Positions 27,530-37,100 of a DNA stretch of 51,986 nt are shown in pieces. Where the stretch lies: contig CADARW010000020.1 in NCBI GenBank assembly GCA_902790405.1, positions 1-51,986 on the forward strand, in the 5' to 3' direction. This DNA comes from an uncultured Bacteroidia bacterium (GTDB lineage: Bacteria > Bacteroidota > Bacteroidia > Bacteroidales > ML635J-15). Each line of letters starts with the position of its first letter. The first letter of the stretch is position 1. Under the pieces are notes generated by a model that saw nothing but the letters and a program-made list of their open reading frames with translations, had not been told where the DNA came from and did no database searches. A program made the position numbers and the translations under genes.

Positions 27530-27678
27530 AATTTAGACTTTATGTTTAAATTGTAGGTTCAAAATAATTAGGTAGTACCGTGTGAACCTGCTTTAGCGCT
27601 GAGTACCAAATTCGGTGCAAAAATATACAAATTTTGATAATCAATAAAATCAATGATGCAAAAAAACATTAAAAAAGC

Positions 27679-28518
27679 CTATTTTTTAGTGCAGAAAATT
27701 TTTCTGCCTGCAAAAAATGCTATTGCAAGTCCAGCTACAATTGCACATATCCACCAAGGATTTGTGTATGCGCTGAGGTCGGGCGATGCAGAAATTTCGG
27801 CACCGAAGAAAAATGCAGCAATGACTACTAGTGCGTTGTTGGTTGCATGTGCAACAATCGACAGCCATAGCGAGCCAGACGAATAGAACAAATATCCGAG
27901 CACTGCGCCGAGTATAAACCGAGGCAGCAGTCCCGAAAATTGCATGTGTATCGCCGAAAATATAAATGCAGTAAGCAGTATGGCAATGTGCTTGTTGCGG
28001 ATGTTGTCGACAAAGAACTTCTGCAGTACGCCACGGAAGAACATTTCCTCGCATACGGCAGGTGTTATCGCAAGTACTATAAGGTTCAGTATAAATGCCC
28101 CGATACCATTTCCTGCCAGAGCCTTCATGGTAGATTGCATTGCCGATTCATCAATGTTTCGTAGGTATTCTTCTAGTCCTTTCAGCGATTCGGGAAACGA
28201 ATACGATGCGTTTAAACTCGAAATAAATTCAATTGCAGGCATTATTGCAAGCATAAATACTATTGCGAGGAGGTATTTTGTAAATCTGGGACTTTCGGTC
28301 ATGCCAAGTTGCCTAAATGCAGGTTCTTCTTTTTGGATGAATTTTGCTGCAAGCAGGGCAGGAAGTGCAAACGATATGATTGACGACAGCATAAGCAGAA
28401 TCTTGTACGAAGTTTCTCCCTGCATGAAAAAGTATAATAGTACAACCAATGCTGTGTTAAGCAGAAATCCTACGCAAAGGCAGAGAATGATTATAAATAA
28501 CTGTTTTGCTGCTGACAT
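27679..28518 (-). CDS. CPBP-family intramembrane glutamic endopeptidase (CAAX protease/Abi-like)
   Basis: Motifs are CEEMFFRGVLQ (EExxxR), FSAIH (FxxxH) and AHATNN (HxxxN), set in a polytopic protein. Confidence 0.85.
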   Translation of the reverse strand: MSAAKQLFIIILCLCVGFLLNTALVVLLYFFMQGETSYKILLMLSSIISFALPALLAAKFIQKEEPAFRQLGMTESPRFTKYLLAIVFMLAIMPAIEFISSLNASYSFPESLKGLEEYLRNIDESAMQSTMKALAGNGIGAFILNLIVLAITPAVCEEMFFRGVLQKFFVDNIRNKHIAILLTAFIFSAIHMQFSGLLPRFILGAVLGYLFYSSGSLWLSIVAHATNNALVVIAAFFFGAEISASPDLSAYTNPWWICAIVAGLAIAFFAGRKIFCTKK

Positions 28519-28531
28519 TTATGCGGATAGT

Positions 28532-29590
28532 TTATAAAATGTTTTCAGTATAGAAGTCGTTGTTATAGATGTATTTCAGTGTGACATCCTCTTCTTTTTC
28601 GATTTTTGCGCAAGGGTAGGGTAAATCGGGGGCTTTCACTCCGTTGGTGATTTTTTCTGTGCTAGTGAAAATTCTTGCTTCGTCCCACAGCCCGCTTGAA
28701 ATAAACGAGTTTAAGGTTTGCGCTCCGCCTTCGACAATTACCGACTGGATTTCGTTATGGTATAATATGTCAAGTATCTGTGGTACAATGTTTTCATTGA
28801 AATCAGCCTTGCAGAAAATCAAGTTGCCATTTGTGCCTTCCTTGCTACCATTAATTATTATTGTTTTTGCTTGGCAATCAAATATTCTACTTGATGCAGG
28901 AACTTTCAATTCTCGGTCGATGCAAACTCGCACGGGATTCCGTCCCGACCAAAGGCGGGCTGTAAGCTGTGGATTGTCGAGCAGGGCGGTGCGCGTGCCT
29001 ACAAGAATAGCATCTTCTTCGGTGCGCCATTTGTGGACAAGCCTGTCAAATTGTACATTAGTGATTTTCAATGGTTTCCTCGTGTTGTCGGTACGAATAT
29101 TGTCGATGAAACCGTCGGCAGTCTGAGCCCATTTTAATATTATGTATGGTCTGCGCTTTGTGTGGAAAGTGAAAAAACGACGGTTTAGCCAGTCACATTC
29201 CTGTTTCAGGACGCCAATTTTCACTTCAACGCCTGCGTTCTGCAGTTTTTCGATGCCTTTGCCTGCCACCTTTTCGAATGGGTCGATGCTGCCGACTACC
29301 ACACGAGGAATACCTTCGCGGATTAACATGTCGGCGCAGGCTGGGGTGCGTCCTACATGGGCGCATGGTTCGAGTGATACATAGATTGTTGACTTTTTTA
29401 GCAACGACTTGTCGGCTACCGAGTTAACAGCATTTACTTCGGCATGTGCCTCGCCACATCGTCTGTGCCAGCCTTCGCCGATGATTTTGCCGTCGCACAC
29501 GATTACGGCACCAACCATAGGGTTTGGTGATGCAGTTCCGAACCCGCATTTTGCGAGCTCGATGCACCGTCTCATGTAGATTTCATCCAT
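28532..29590 (-). CDS. ribD: Riboflavin biosynthesis bifunctional deaminase/reductase RibD
   Basis: CMP/dCMP deaminase zinc motifs HAEVNA and PCAHVGRTPAC. NPMVGAVIV. The C-terminal reductase half contains VIVEGGAQTLNSF. Confidence 0.92.
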   Translation of the reverse strand: MDEIYMRRCIELAKCGFGTASPNPMVGAVIVCDGKIIGEGWHRRCGEAHAEVNAVNSVADKSLLKKSTIYVSLEPCAHVGRTPACADMLIREGIPRVVVGSIDPFEKVAGKGIEKLQNAGVEVKIGVLKQECDWLNRRFFTFHTKRRPYIILKWAQTADGFIDNIRTDNTRKPLKITNVQFDRLVHKWRTEEDAILVGTRTALLDNPQLTARLWSGRNPVRVCIDRELKVPASSRIFDCQAKTIIINGSKEGTNGNLIFCKADFNENIVPQILDILYHNEIQSVIVEGGAQTLNSFISSGLWDEARIFTSTEKITNGVKAPDLPYPCAKIEKEEDVTLKYIYNNDFYTENIL

Positions 29591-29597
29591 TGTGGGA

Positions 29598-30626
29598 TTA
29601 CCAGTCGAGTCCTCTCTGCTTCAGTTCCTTGCGGCTGAGTTCCTGACCAGCGCGTGCTGCACGACGGAAATGTGCTATGGCATCGGCTTCCTGGTTCATC
29701 GACTGATAGAGCTTGCCTATGTTGTAGTTTGTATCGACATGGTTGGGGTCGATAGTCAATGCCATGTTGTAGTATTCCATAGCCTTTGCCGGGTTGGTAG
29801 AGAAATATGCAGCACCGAGGTTGTTGTACGAATCGATGTTGTTTGGATTGAGTTCCAATGCCTTGAGGTAGTTTTTCACGGCTTTGTTTTCGCCCTTAAC
29901 ATCATCCGAATAGTAGTATGCCACACCGAGGTTGTTGTAAACATCAGCATTGTCCTTGTTTACTTCGAGAGCTTTTTTGAACCACTCGATAGCTTCAACA
30001 TATTCGCCTTGATCTTCGTATATAACACCTATTGCATTGTAGGCATCGTCGTTGCGCGGATTTATTTCAATTGCTTTCTTGCAGCTTTGGATGGCTTTTT
30101 CGTAGTTTCCATTGTGCGAATATGCCAGACCGAGGTTGTTGTATGCACCGTCGTAAAGTTCACTAATCGATACTGCTTTTGAATAGTACGAAATAGCTTT
30201 CTTGTAGTTTTTCAGTTCGTCGTAGGCGTTGCCAAGTGCATTGTAGGCTGTGTCGTACTTGGGATTGATCTTTATCGCACTTTCGAATTGGCTTATGGCC
30301 TTCTCGAAGTCGCCTTCGTCGTAGTAAACGTAGCCTAGGTTCTTTACTGCTTCGTAGTATTTGGGATCAAGCTTTATAGCCATCTGGAAATTTATCATGG
30401 CCTTGTCGAAGTTGCCCAAGTATGAATATGCACGTCCAAGCGTATTGTACGCCACTGGATTTTCCTTGTTGGTTTCGACATATTTCGACAGTTCAGATAT
30501 TGCTTTTGTGAAATTGTCGTTATTGAATGCGAATAGTCCGTTTTCAAGAATAGCATCTGCATCCTGCGAATAAATATTTGCAGAAAGCAGTGCAAATGTT
30601 ACCAATATTGCAATTCTTAATTTCAT
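29598..30626 (-). CDS. Secreted TPR-repeat protein
   Basis: Signal peptide MKLRIAILVTFALLSANIYSQ. About 8 canonical 34-aa TPR units (A.YNLG.AY...G.Y.KAI..Y.KA.E.NP). Confidence 0.88.
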   Translation of the reverse strand: MKLRIAILVTFALLSANIYSQDADAILENGLFAFNNDNFTKAISELSKYVETNKENPVAYNTLGRAYSYLGNFDKAMINFQMAIKLDPKYYEAVKNLGYVYYDEGDFEKAISQFESAIKINPKYDTAYNALGNAYDELKNYKKAISYYSKAVSISELYDGAYNNLGLAYSHNGNYEKAIQSCKKAIEINPRNDDAYNAIGVIYEDQGEYVEAIEWFKKALEVNKDNADVYNNLGVAYYYSDDVKGENKAVKNYLKALELNPNNIDSYNNLGAAYFSTNPAKAMEYYNMALTIDPNHVDTNYNIGKLYQSMNQEADAIAHFRRAARAGQELSRKELKQRGLDW

Positions 30627-30654
30627 ACTTATTGATAAGTAAAGTTACAAGTTG

Positions 30655-30662
30655 CAAATATA
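30655..30662 (-). promoter_or_regulatory. -7 promoter box (TATATTTG on the minus strand)
   Basis: The plus strand reads CAAATATA, 29 nt upstream of the ATG at 30626. Confidence 0.5.
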
Positions 30663-30725
30663 TCATTTTTTAAGTCTAATTGGACAATAATAATTGATTT
30701 TTTTTTCACCTGCTTTCTTGTAAAC

Positions 30726-30760
30726 AAAAATGGCTGGAACTATTTAAGTCCAGCCATTTT
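30726..30760. terminator. Bidirectional rho-independent terminator
   Basis: An 11 bp stem AAATGGCTGGA / TCCAGCCATTT is flanked by A-runs and T-runs. It lies downstream of the stop at 30779. Confidence 0.7.
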
Positions 30761-30778
30761 CCTTCATATTAATTATGA

Positions 30779-32194
30779 TTATTTGTAATCAACCTTTTCC
30801 TGCAATGGTGTCTTCATGCTGTTGCGCAGGTCGTAGCCAGAGTAGCTTCCGCCGGCGTAATTCTGTCGCAGGTCCTGATGAGAAACGAAATACTCGCCGT
30901 TTTCCTTGATTATTACATCTACGCTTATGCTACGATGCGAAATGTTGTACGGATAATTAGGCTCCTTGTAGATGTGCCAATCTGATTCTGTTACAATAGC
31001 TTTCACAAACTTGTCGCCAAATTTCGCCTTTGCTTTTGCAGTAGCTTGATTCTGGATTTCAGCAGAAACCGATGCTGCCTTTGGCATTGCTACGGGCTTC
31101 GACGATGCTGCGCCTGCCGACTTGAGCCATCCGAGACGTTTCTGTGTGAAGTAGCTGTTGTATTCTTCGTAAATGCCTTGATATTGTTCGTCTTTGCTAT
31201 GCAATGGGTGGCTGCCTAGGTCTTCCATCATGTATCCTGCTTCACGAAGTAGGTTATATGCATCGGCGCTACGACCAGCTGCATCGCATTGCTTGATGGC
31301 TGCGAGTGTGCCCTTAAGTACGCTTCTTACAACATTGTACGGAGTGTTGGCGAGAAGAATGTCTTCGGCTTCGCCCTGTACGTCGTCCCATCTCTTCTGA
31401 CGCTGGGTTTCGGTTTCCAGAAGGTTGAGTTCCTTGCCGTCTTCCAAGGTTACTTTGCGCAGGTTTTCGGCTCCTGGATATTTTGCCTTCCACTGGTTGC
31501 GTTCTTCATCGCGGATGTAAGGGAACGAGCGAACCTTGTCGAACCTATAGCAGTCTTGCATAAGGCGTGCGCGGATATAGCACTGGTATCCAGAAACTTC
31601 TGTTGGGTTTGTCATGAAGTACGAATAGTATGCACAAAATGCATATTCGGTGAGATGCACCTGCTTTACACCATTGGCTGTCTGGTAGTCGGCGAATTCG
31701 AACATGTCGCAGCCTACGTGGCGGCTGGTGTATTCGGTCATAGTTGCGGCATTGCAGAAGTCTGTGTAAGCCTTTGTTGCGTTGGCGCCTGCTACATCGT
31801 AGAATGCATCGTTGGCGGCATCGTCGGGATTGTAGATGAATAGTTTCGAGTCGAGTTCGCTGAGCGATGTCGGATAGCTAGGTTTTTCCTGGCTTGTGCT
31901 TTCGGTACTGCTGTTGCTGTCGTCGTCGTTGGTTTCGGTTGTCCTTGCAGCATCGAGTTTACGTCTAAGTTCTTCTTCCTGACTGCTTTGAGAGTTGCTT
32001 TGCGAATTAGAATTCGAGTTGTTCTGCTGAGCATTCTGGTTGTTATTGCTGTTGTTGTTTTGCTTGTCCTTCGAAACAGCTGATTTTGCCTTGTTCAGAA
32101 GTCCTCCCAATTGTGCATTTGCTGTGAAATTTGCACCGCACATAATAAATGCTATTAATAATAGCCCTTCGATTACTTTCATTTTTGTTGTCAT
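30779..32194 (-). CDS. Secreted hypothetical protein with an N/Q/S-rich low-complexity linker
   Basis: Signal peptide ...IMCGANFTANAQ, then KQNNNSNNNQNAQQNNSNSNSQSNSQSSQEE, then a ~380 aa globular part. The start is ATG 32194, with 32182 as an alternative. Confidence 0.7.
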   Translation of the reverse strand: MTTKMKVIEGLLLIAFIMCGANFTANAQLGGLLNKAKSAVSKDKQNNNSNNNQNAQQNNSNSNSQSNSQSSQEEELRRKLDAARTTETNDDDSNSSTESTSQEKPSYPTSLSELDSKLFIYNPDDAANDAFYDVAGANATKAYTDFCNAATMTEYTSRHVGCDMFEFADYQTANGVKQVHLTEYAFCAYYSYFMTNPTEVSGYQCYIRARLMQDCYRFDKVRSFPYIRDEERNQWKAKYPGAENLRKVTLEDGKELNLLETETQRQKRWDDVQGEAEDILLANTPYNVVRSVLKGTLAAIKQCDAAGRSADAYNLLREAGYMMEDLGSHPLHSKDEQYQGIYEEYNSYFTQKRLGWLKSAGAASSKPVAMPKAASVSAEIQNQATAKAKAKFGDKFVKAIVTESDWHIYKEPNYPYNISHRSISVDVIIKENGEYFVSHQDLRQNYAGGSYSGYDLRNSMKTPLQEKVDYK

Positions 32195-32355
32195 ATCATT
32201 AAATTTATTTCGATTTGTTTCTGCTGATTTTCGGGGGGCAAAATTAGGGTGAATAGGCAAGTCGCACTTGTCGATTTCTTACAAAATAAAGGTTTCAACT
32301 TGTTTTTTTCTTACAAATGTAAGAAAATGACAAGAGACAATGTTTTGATATGCAA

Positions 32356-34038
32356 TCAATTGTAGTAATTACGCGTGTGTTTCGCGGTATAAATTCCGTA
32401 TGTGCGCTTAAAGGTGTGACTGAAGCTGCTTGCATCGTTGAAACCACACTGCTCGGCTACTTCGATTATTGGCAGGTCTGGATTGTTCAGAAGTAGATTG
32501 CTGGCTTTTTCCATCTGTATTGCCGATATGTAGGCCTTGGGTGTTTCTCCTGTGGCGCTCTGCAGTCGGCGTCTGAAAGTCTGTTCGCTCATGTTCAGTT
32601 TCGATGCGATGGCTTCCACACCGAATTCTCCAGTTGGCAAGCCTTCGTTTACCGCTTTGATGAGATTCATGAGGAACTGCTTGTTCGAATCGCTTTCGTC
32701 GCTGTCGGGAGACTCTTCTTCGTCCGATGGTTCGGCTTCACGATTTTCGGCATTCAGCATTTTCTTCAATAGCTCTATCTCGTGGGTAAGTTCCTCTGTT
32801 CTGCGTTGTTGGCGCTTCTGGTTCTTCCTTACTGCAATCAGTGCCGACAGACATACGATTATTGCTATTGCAAAAATTATTATGATGTTGCTAATGTGCT
32901 GTCTTTGGCGACGTGAAATTTCCTGCTGCAGCTGGTCGTTCTCAAATTCGGCATTATAGCGTGCAAGGTTTTCGGCAGTGGCATTGGTGTATAACGAGTC
33001 TTTCAGCAAATCAAACCTGTCGAGTTCTATCTTTGCGCTGTCGGGGTTAATCTTCCATAGACTTTCGTAAAGTCCTCGGCGCGAGTGCATTTCGTTCATA
33101 AGGTCACCACTCTCGACAAGTATGTCGGCTGCTTCGCGGTAATAGGCGATGGCTTCTTTTTCGCGCTCCTGGCACAACAGCGACATTCCCATTTTGTTGC
33201 ATGCTATTGCAAGCGAATGTTTGTCGCCGCATTGCCGGAGAGTTGGGATTACCGTTTCGAGAGTCTGCTCGGCTTCGCTGTATCGGTGCAAGCCTATAAG
33301 TGCCGACGCTTTCTGCGACAGTCGTATTGCCGACCTATGCTCGTTGCCTATAACTTTTTCGAGTTCGTACGACTGGTCGGCATATTGGAGCGAGATAGTG
33401 TCGTTGCCGAGCGCATGGTATATTTCCGATGCCATGCCGAGCAATATCGCTTTACGGGCAGGATTTTGTGCTTTGTCGGCATGTTCAATTGCCTTGATGA
33501 TATACACTTCGGCTTCCTTGGGCTGGTATGCTGCCATGTAGATTCCAGCCAAAGTGTTGAGGCTCGACGAAATACGGTCGTCGTCACCGCTTCGCATGTC
33601 GATGTCGAGGCATTGCTTGGTGTAAGCTGCCGCTTGGTCGAAGTCGCCAAGCCGTACATATATGCAGCCTATAAGGTTCAGGCAGTCGGCTTTGGTTTCG
33701 TCGTCGTGCAACAGGGGTAGCGATTTCAGTCCATACTTCTCGGCCGACTTGTACTGCTGCATTTCGTACATGCATACCGACGCCCAGTACCACACCTGAC
33801 CTTGAACCGAATCGACTGGCGTATTTTCGTTGAAAATAATCAGCGAGTCGGTTATTTCGTCGGCATCGAGCTGCTTGAAGAAACGGTTTGCCGCCGACAC
33901 GCTCGTGCTGTTGTCGAAGTCGGACAGGAGCTTGTCGTAGGTATCTGACTGGGCGTGCAGACTAATGCTGAAGCACATCAACATCAACATGCACGTCAGT
34001 AATTTCGTTATGCTATATGGCAAAATACTTTTATGCAT
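32356..34038 (-). CDS. One-component regulator: signal peptide, periplasmic TPR, TM, coiled coil, AraC-type HTH
   Basis: N-terminal signal and TPR units. TM segment IIIIFAIAIIVCLSALIAV. The C-terminus reads FRRRLQSATGETPKAYISAIQMEKASNLLLN...GFNDASSFSHTFKRTYG. Confidence 0.85.
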   Translation of the reverse strand: MHKSILPYSITKLLTCMLMLMCFSISLHAQSDTYDKLLSDFDNSTSVSAANRFFKQLDADEITDSLIIFNENTPVDSVQGQVWYWASVCMYEMQQYKSAEKYGLKSLPLLHDDETKADCLNLIGCIYVRLGDFDQAAAYTKQCLDIDMRSGDDDRISSSLNTLAGIYMAAYQPKEAEVYIIKAIEHADKAQNPARKAILLGMASEIYHALGNDTISLQYADQSYELEKVIGNEHRSAIRLSQKASALIGLHRYSEAEQTLETVIPTLRQCGDKHSLAIACNKMGMSLLCQEREKEAIAYYREAADILVESGDLMNEMHSRRGLYESLWKINPDSAKIELDRFDLLKDSLYTNATAENLARYNAEFENDQLQQEISRRQRQHISNIIIIFAIAIIVCLSALIAVRKNQKRQQRRTEELTHEIELLKKMLNAENREAEPSDEEESPDSDESDSNKQFLMNLIKAVNEGLPTGEFGVEAIASKLNMSEQTFRRRLQSATGETPKAYISAIQMEKASNLLLNNPDLPIIEVAEQCGFNDASSFSHTFKRTYGIYTAKHTRNYYN

Positions 34039-34112
34039 TATATTATTAAGGTATTCCCGACAATATAATGTTTGGCTGATGGGGTTATATGGACTGGCGA
34101 TTAGCTTTTGCG

Positions 34113-34673
34113 CTATACGGTCATCAGTTCCTTTTCCTTGGCGTCGATTACTGCATCAACCTTCTTGATGAAGTCTTCGTGAGCCTTGTGTACGGTTTGT
34201 TCTGCATCCTTTGCTTCGTCTTCCGAAACGCCTTCCTTCTTCAGTTTCTTGAATTCTTCGATTGCGTTGCGGCGAGCGTTCCTGATGACAACCTTCGAGT
34301 CTTCGCCGAGTCCCTTGACCTGCTTAACGAGTTGCTTGCGGCGTTCCTCGGTCAGAGGCGGAACGATTATGCGGATAACTTCGCCGTTGTTTGCAGGGTT
34401 GAAGCCGAGATTTGCAGCGAGGATAGCCTTTTCGATTGCCGGGATGGTTGATTTGTCCCATGGCTGGATGAAGATGGTCTTCGGGTCTGGAGCCGAAAGG
34501 TTTGCAACTTGCGAAATAGGTGATGCTGTTCCGTAGCATTCAACCTTTACCGATTCGAGCATAGCTGGGTTAGCTTTGCCTGCGCGGATCTTTGCAAGTT
34601 CCTTTTCGAGGTGTTCGAGTGCGGACTTCATTCCGTCCTTTGCATCTTCTATATACAATTCTAATTCTTCCAT
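34113..34673 (-). CDS. frr: Ribosome recycling factor
   Basis: 186 aa with the typical Frr sequence (KIRAGKANPAMLESVKVECYG..., PPLTEERRKQLVKQVK). Confidence 0.95.
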   Translation of the reverse strand: MEELELYIEDAKDGMKSALEHLEKELAKIRAGKANPAMLESVKVECYGTASPISQVANLSAPDPKTIFIQPWDKSTIPAIEKAILAANLGFNPANNGEVIRIIVPPLTEERRKQLVKQVKGLGEDSKVVIRNARRNAIEEFKKLKKEGVSEDEAKDAEQTVHKAHEDFIKKVDAVIDAKEKELMTV

Positions 34674-34676
34674 AAA

Positions 34677-35384
34677 TTACTTTGTAATGTAAGTTCCTAT
34701 ATTTTCGTTATTTATTACTTTTTCAAGATTTCCGTAGGTGTCCATGTCGAATACGATTACCGGCATGTTGTTTTCTTTGCACAACGTAAAAGCAGTGAGG
34801 TCCATGATCTTAAGTCCGCGCTTGTAAACCTCGTCGAAGGTAATGGTGTCGAACTTGGTAGCAGTCGGGTCCTTTTCTGGGTCGGCTGTATAGACGCCGT
34901 TTACGCGCGTACCTTTAAGGAAAACGTCGGCTTCGATTTCGATTGCACGCAGAGCCGAAGCACTGTCGGTCGAGAAATATGGATTTCCAGTTCCGCCGGC
35001 AAGTATGCAAACATACGAGTTTTCCAAAGCCTCGACAACCTTTGGCTTCGAAATGCGTTCGCCGATTGATTCTATTCCTATTGAGGTGAAAAGTCTGGTC
35101 TTAACGCCAACAGATTCGAGTCCGTTCTGCAATGCCAACGAGTTGATTATTGTTGCGAGCATTCCCATCTGGTCGCCTTTCACACGGTCGAAGCCCTTGC
35201 TTTCGCCCGAAATGCCGCGGAAAATGTTGCCTCCGCCGATTACTATTCCTATCTGTACGCCCTTGTCGTGTACGGCTTTAATCTGGTTGGCGTATTCCAT
35301 AAGGTGGGTTTCGCTTATGCCCTGTTTCGATGCTCCGGCAAGTGATTCGCCGCTGAGCTTTAACAATATTCGTTTGAATCTCAT
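34677..35384 (-). CDS. pyrH: UMP kinase
   Basis: MRFKRILLKLSGESL..., GGGNIFRG, GTGNPYFSTDSASALRA. The ATG at 35384 lies 19 nt downstream of a -7 box (plus strand CAAAAGTA, 35403-35410). Confidence 0.95.
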   Translation of the reverse strand: MRFKRILLKLSGESLAGASKQGISETHLMEYANQIKAVHDKGVQIGIVIGGGNIFRGISGESKGFDRVKGDQMGMLATIINSLALQNGLESVGVKTRLFTSIGIESIGERISKPKVVEALENSYVCILAGGTGNPYFSTDSASALRAIEIEADVFLKGTRVNGVYTADPEKDPTATKFDTITFDEVYKRGLKIMDLTAFTLCKENNMPVIVFDMDTYGNLEKVINNENIGTYITK

Positions 35385-35499
35385 CGCTATAATTTTTAGA
35401 CCACAAAAGTAATAAAATTTGATAATTTGAAGATTCAATAATTCAATAATTCAAAAAATCAATGTTGGAGACATTGGGCAATATTTCTTTTTATTGTTG

Positions 35500-35519
35500 A
35501 GACGCAAAATTTTGCGTCT
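35500..35519. repeat. Perfect 20 nt palindrome AGACGCAAAATTTTGCGTCT (copy 2)
   Basis: It is identical to 11648-11667 including the 5' TTG flank and the nTAC 3' flank. It lies in the divergent intergenic region between pyrH and the 35761 gene. Confidence 0.85.
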
Positions 35520-35726
35520 TTACAATAATTAGTTCTAACTATCATTGATATGGTAACGTTTGATTGCTAATGTGTTGATTTATAACAATTTGCTAATTAT
35601 ATGTTTTGCCGTGTCTTACGTTAAAAGACGTTCTCCCTTGAAAATCCGATGGTTATAAATGCACAATAAACACTAATGTGTTGATTACTTTGTGATTTGT
35701 GTTGATTTTGTTGTTTTTATGAAATA

Positions 35727-35734
35727 TATTTTTG
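35727..35734 (+). promoter_or_regulatory. -7 promoter box TATTTTTG
   Basis: It matches TAnnTTTG and lies 27 nt upstream of the ATG at 35761. Confidence 0.5.
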
Positions 35735-35760
35735 TACGTTTTTATAGATTTAGACTACGG

Positions 35761-36516
35761 ATGGAGAAACTGATTTACAGACATACCGATGTGGAAAGAC
35801 TCGAAATACTGAGGTCTTTCGATGCGTATTTGCGCGAGAATCCATTGGGTGAAGATTGTTTATTTGCTGAATACCAGGCTAATATAGCAGAAGAGAATCT
35901 TTCTGTTTTCGAGAAGTTCAGAACCTATAAGGAATGCTTAAGACAGCAGGAGGAGGCATTCAACAACAACTACAACAATCTTTTTAGCAAGGCAAAGACT
36001 TTCGTCGTTCACTACTACATGTCGATGCACATGGCTATCGAACGTGGCGAATTGCCTGTTGACATCACTTCGTGGTATGGACTGCAGTACCCGTTTTCAA
36101 TCCCCAATCCACGCAATGGAGAGGAACTTCTCGAAGTTGCTTCTCAGCTTTTCGAATGCGACTCGAACCGAGTTGCCAATGGAGGACGTCTGCTTACAAA
36201 CCCCAATATCTCATCCGTAAAAATCTGGGTTGAAAAGTTTGAAGACATACATAAGGAACGTGCTTATCGTCAGAATCTTAACAAGGCCGAAGTTGAAAAT
36301 ATCGACTACATACGCGACACAACCGACAAGCTCATTGTAGAAGTTTTCGATGCTGCTTGCGAAAGGTATGCCGACCTTGAATTCGAAGACCGCCTGAAAC
36401 TGATGAACGAATTAGGTTTCAACATCCAGCAGGTTGTTCGCAAACCACGCGTTCGCAAGCAGGAGGAGATGGCAATGCAAATGGCCGAAGCCCAGCTTCA
36501 AATACCTCTTTTCTAA
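35761..36516 (+). CDS. Conserved-looking hypothetical cytoplasmic protein
   Basis: 251 aa from the ATG behind the -7 box. It has normal composition, no signal peptide and a helical, charged C-terminus. aroK starts 3 nt after its stop. Confidence 0.65.
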   Translation: MEKLIYRHTDVERLEILRSFDAYLRENPLGEDCLFAEYQANIAEENLSVFEKFRTYKECLRQQEEAFNNNYNNLFSKAKTFVVHYYMSMHMAIERGELPVDITSWYGLQYPFSIPNPRNGEELLEVASQLFECDSNRVANGGRLLTNPNISSVKIWVEKFEDIHKERAYRQNLNKAEVENIDYIRDTTDKLIVEVFDAACERYADLEFEDRLKLMNELGFNIQQVVRKPRVRKQEEMAMQMAEAQLQIPLF

Positions 36517-36519
36517 CAG

Positions 36520-37032
36520 ATGAGAATTTTTCTCGTTGGCTTTATGGGGGCAGGTAAGTCCGTTGTCGGGCGACGCCTAGCCAAATCACTCAACTTGTCG
36601 TTCTACGACCTCGACGAGGAAATCGAGTCGCATTACAAGATGTCGGTGTCGGCAATTTTCCAGAAGTACGACGAGGCTTGCTTCCGCAAACTAGAAACTT
36701 CCGTACTCGAATCGTTTTTCAACAAGGATGACTTTGTACTTTCGTGCGGTGGCGGTACTCCTTGCTTCGGCGAAAATATGGCACTTATGAATTCCATTGG
36801 CACTACCATATATATTAAATTGTCTACCGACGAGCTAGTGGGCAGGATTTCCAGTTCTTACCACAAACGTCCGCTTACCGAGGGAAAGTCGGATGAAGAA
36901 CTTGCCAGCTATGTGGATGCAATGCTAAAAAAACGGGAACCATTCTACTCGATGGCAAAGATTACCGTTGATGCATCGGGAACAGATAAGGAGACATTGG
37001 TGGAAAAGATTTTGCTGGTATTGCAAAAATAA
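36520..37032 (+). CDS. aroK: Shikimate kinase
   Basis: GFMGAGKSVVGRRLA P-loop, LSCGGGTP, 170 aa. Confidence 0.9.
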   Translation: MRIFLVGFMGAGKSVVGRRLAKSLNLSFYDLDEEIESHYKMSVSAIFQKYDEACFRKLETSVLESFFNKDDFVLSCGGGTPCFGENMALMNSIGTTIYIKLSTDELVGRISSSYHKRPLTEGKSDEELASYVDAMLKKREPFYSMAKITVDASGTDKETLVEKILLVLQK

Positions 37033-37100
37033 ATTCCATAGTTTGTTCTACCAATCAAAAAAAAACTTACCTTTGACGTAAATTTTAAATACATTTAGCT

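Noticed and set aside
29591-29597. FMN riboswitch upstream of ribD, and TPP riboswitch upstream of dxs (39146-39331)
   Set aside because: ribD starts 7 nt after the preceding TPR gene, so there is no room for a leader. The dxs leader is short and AT-rich, and lacks the conserved CUGAGA/ACCUGA TPP core.
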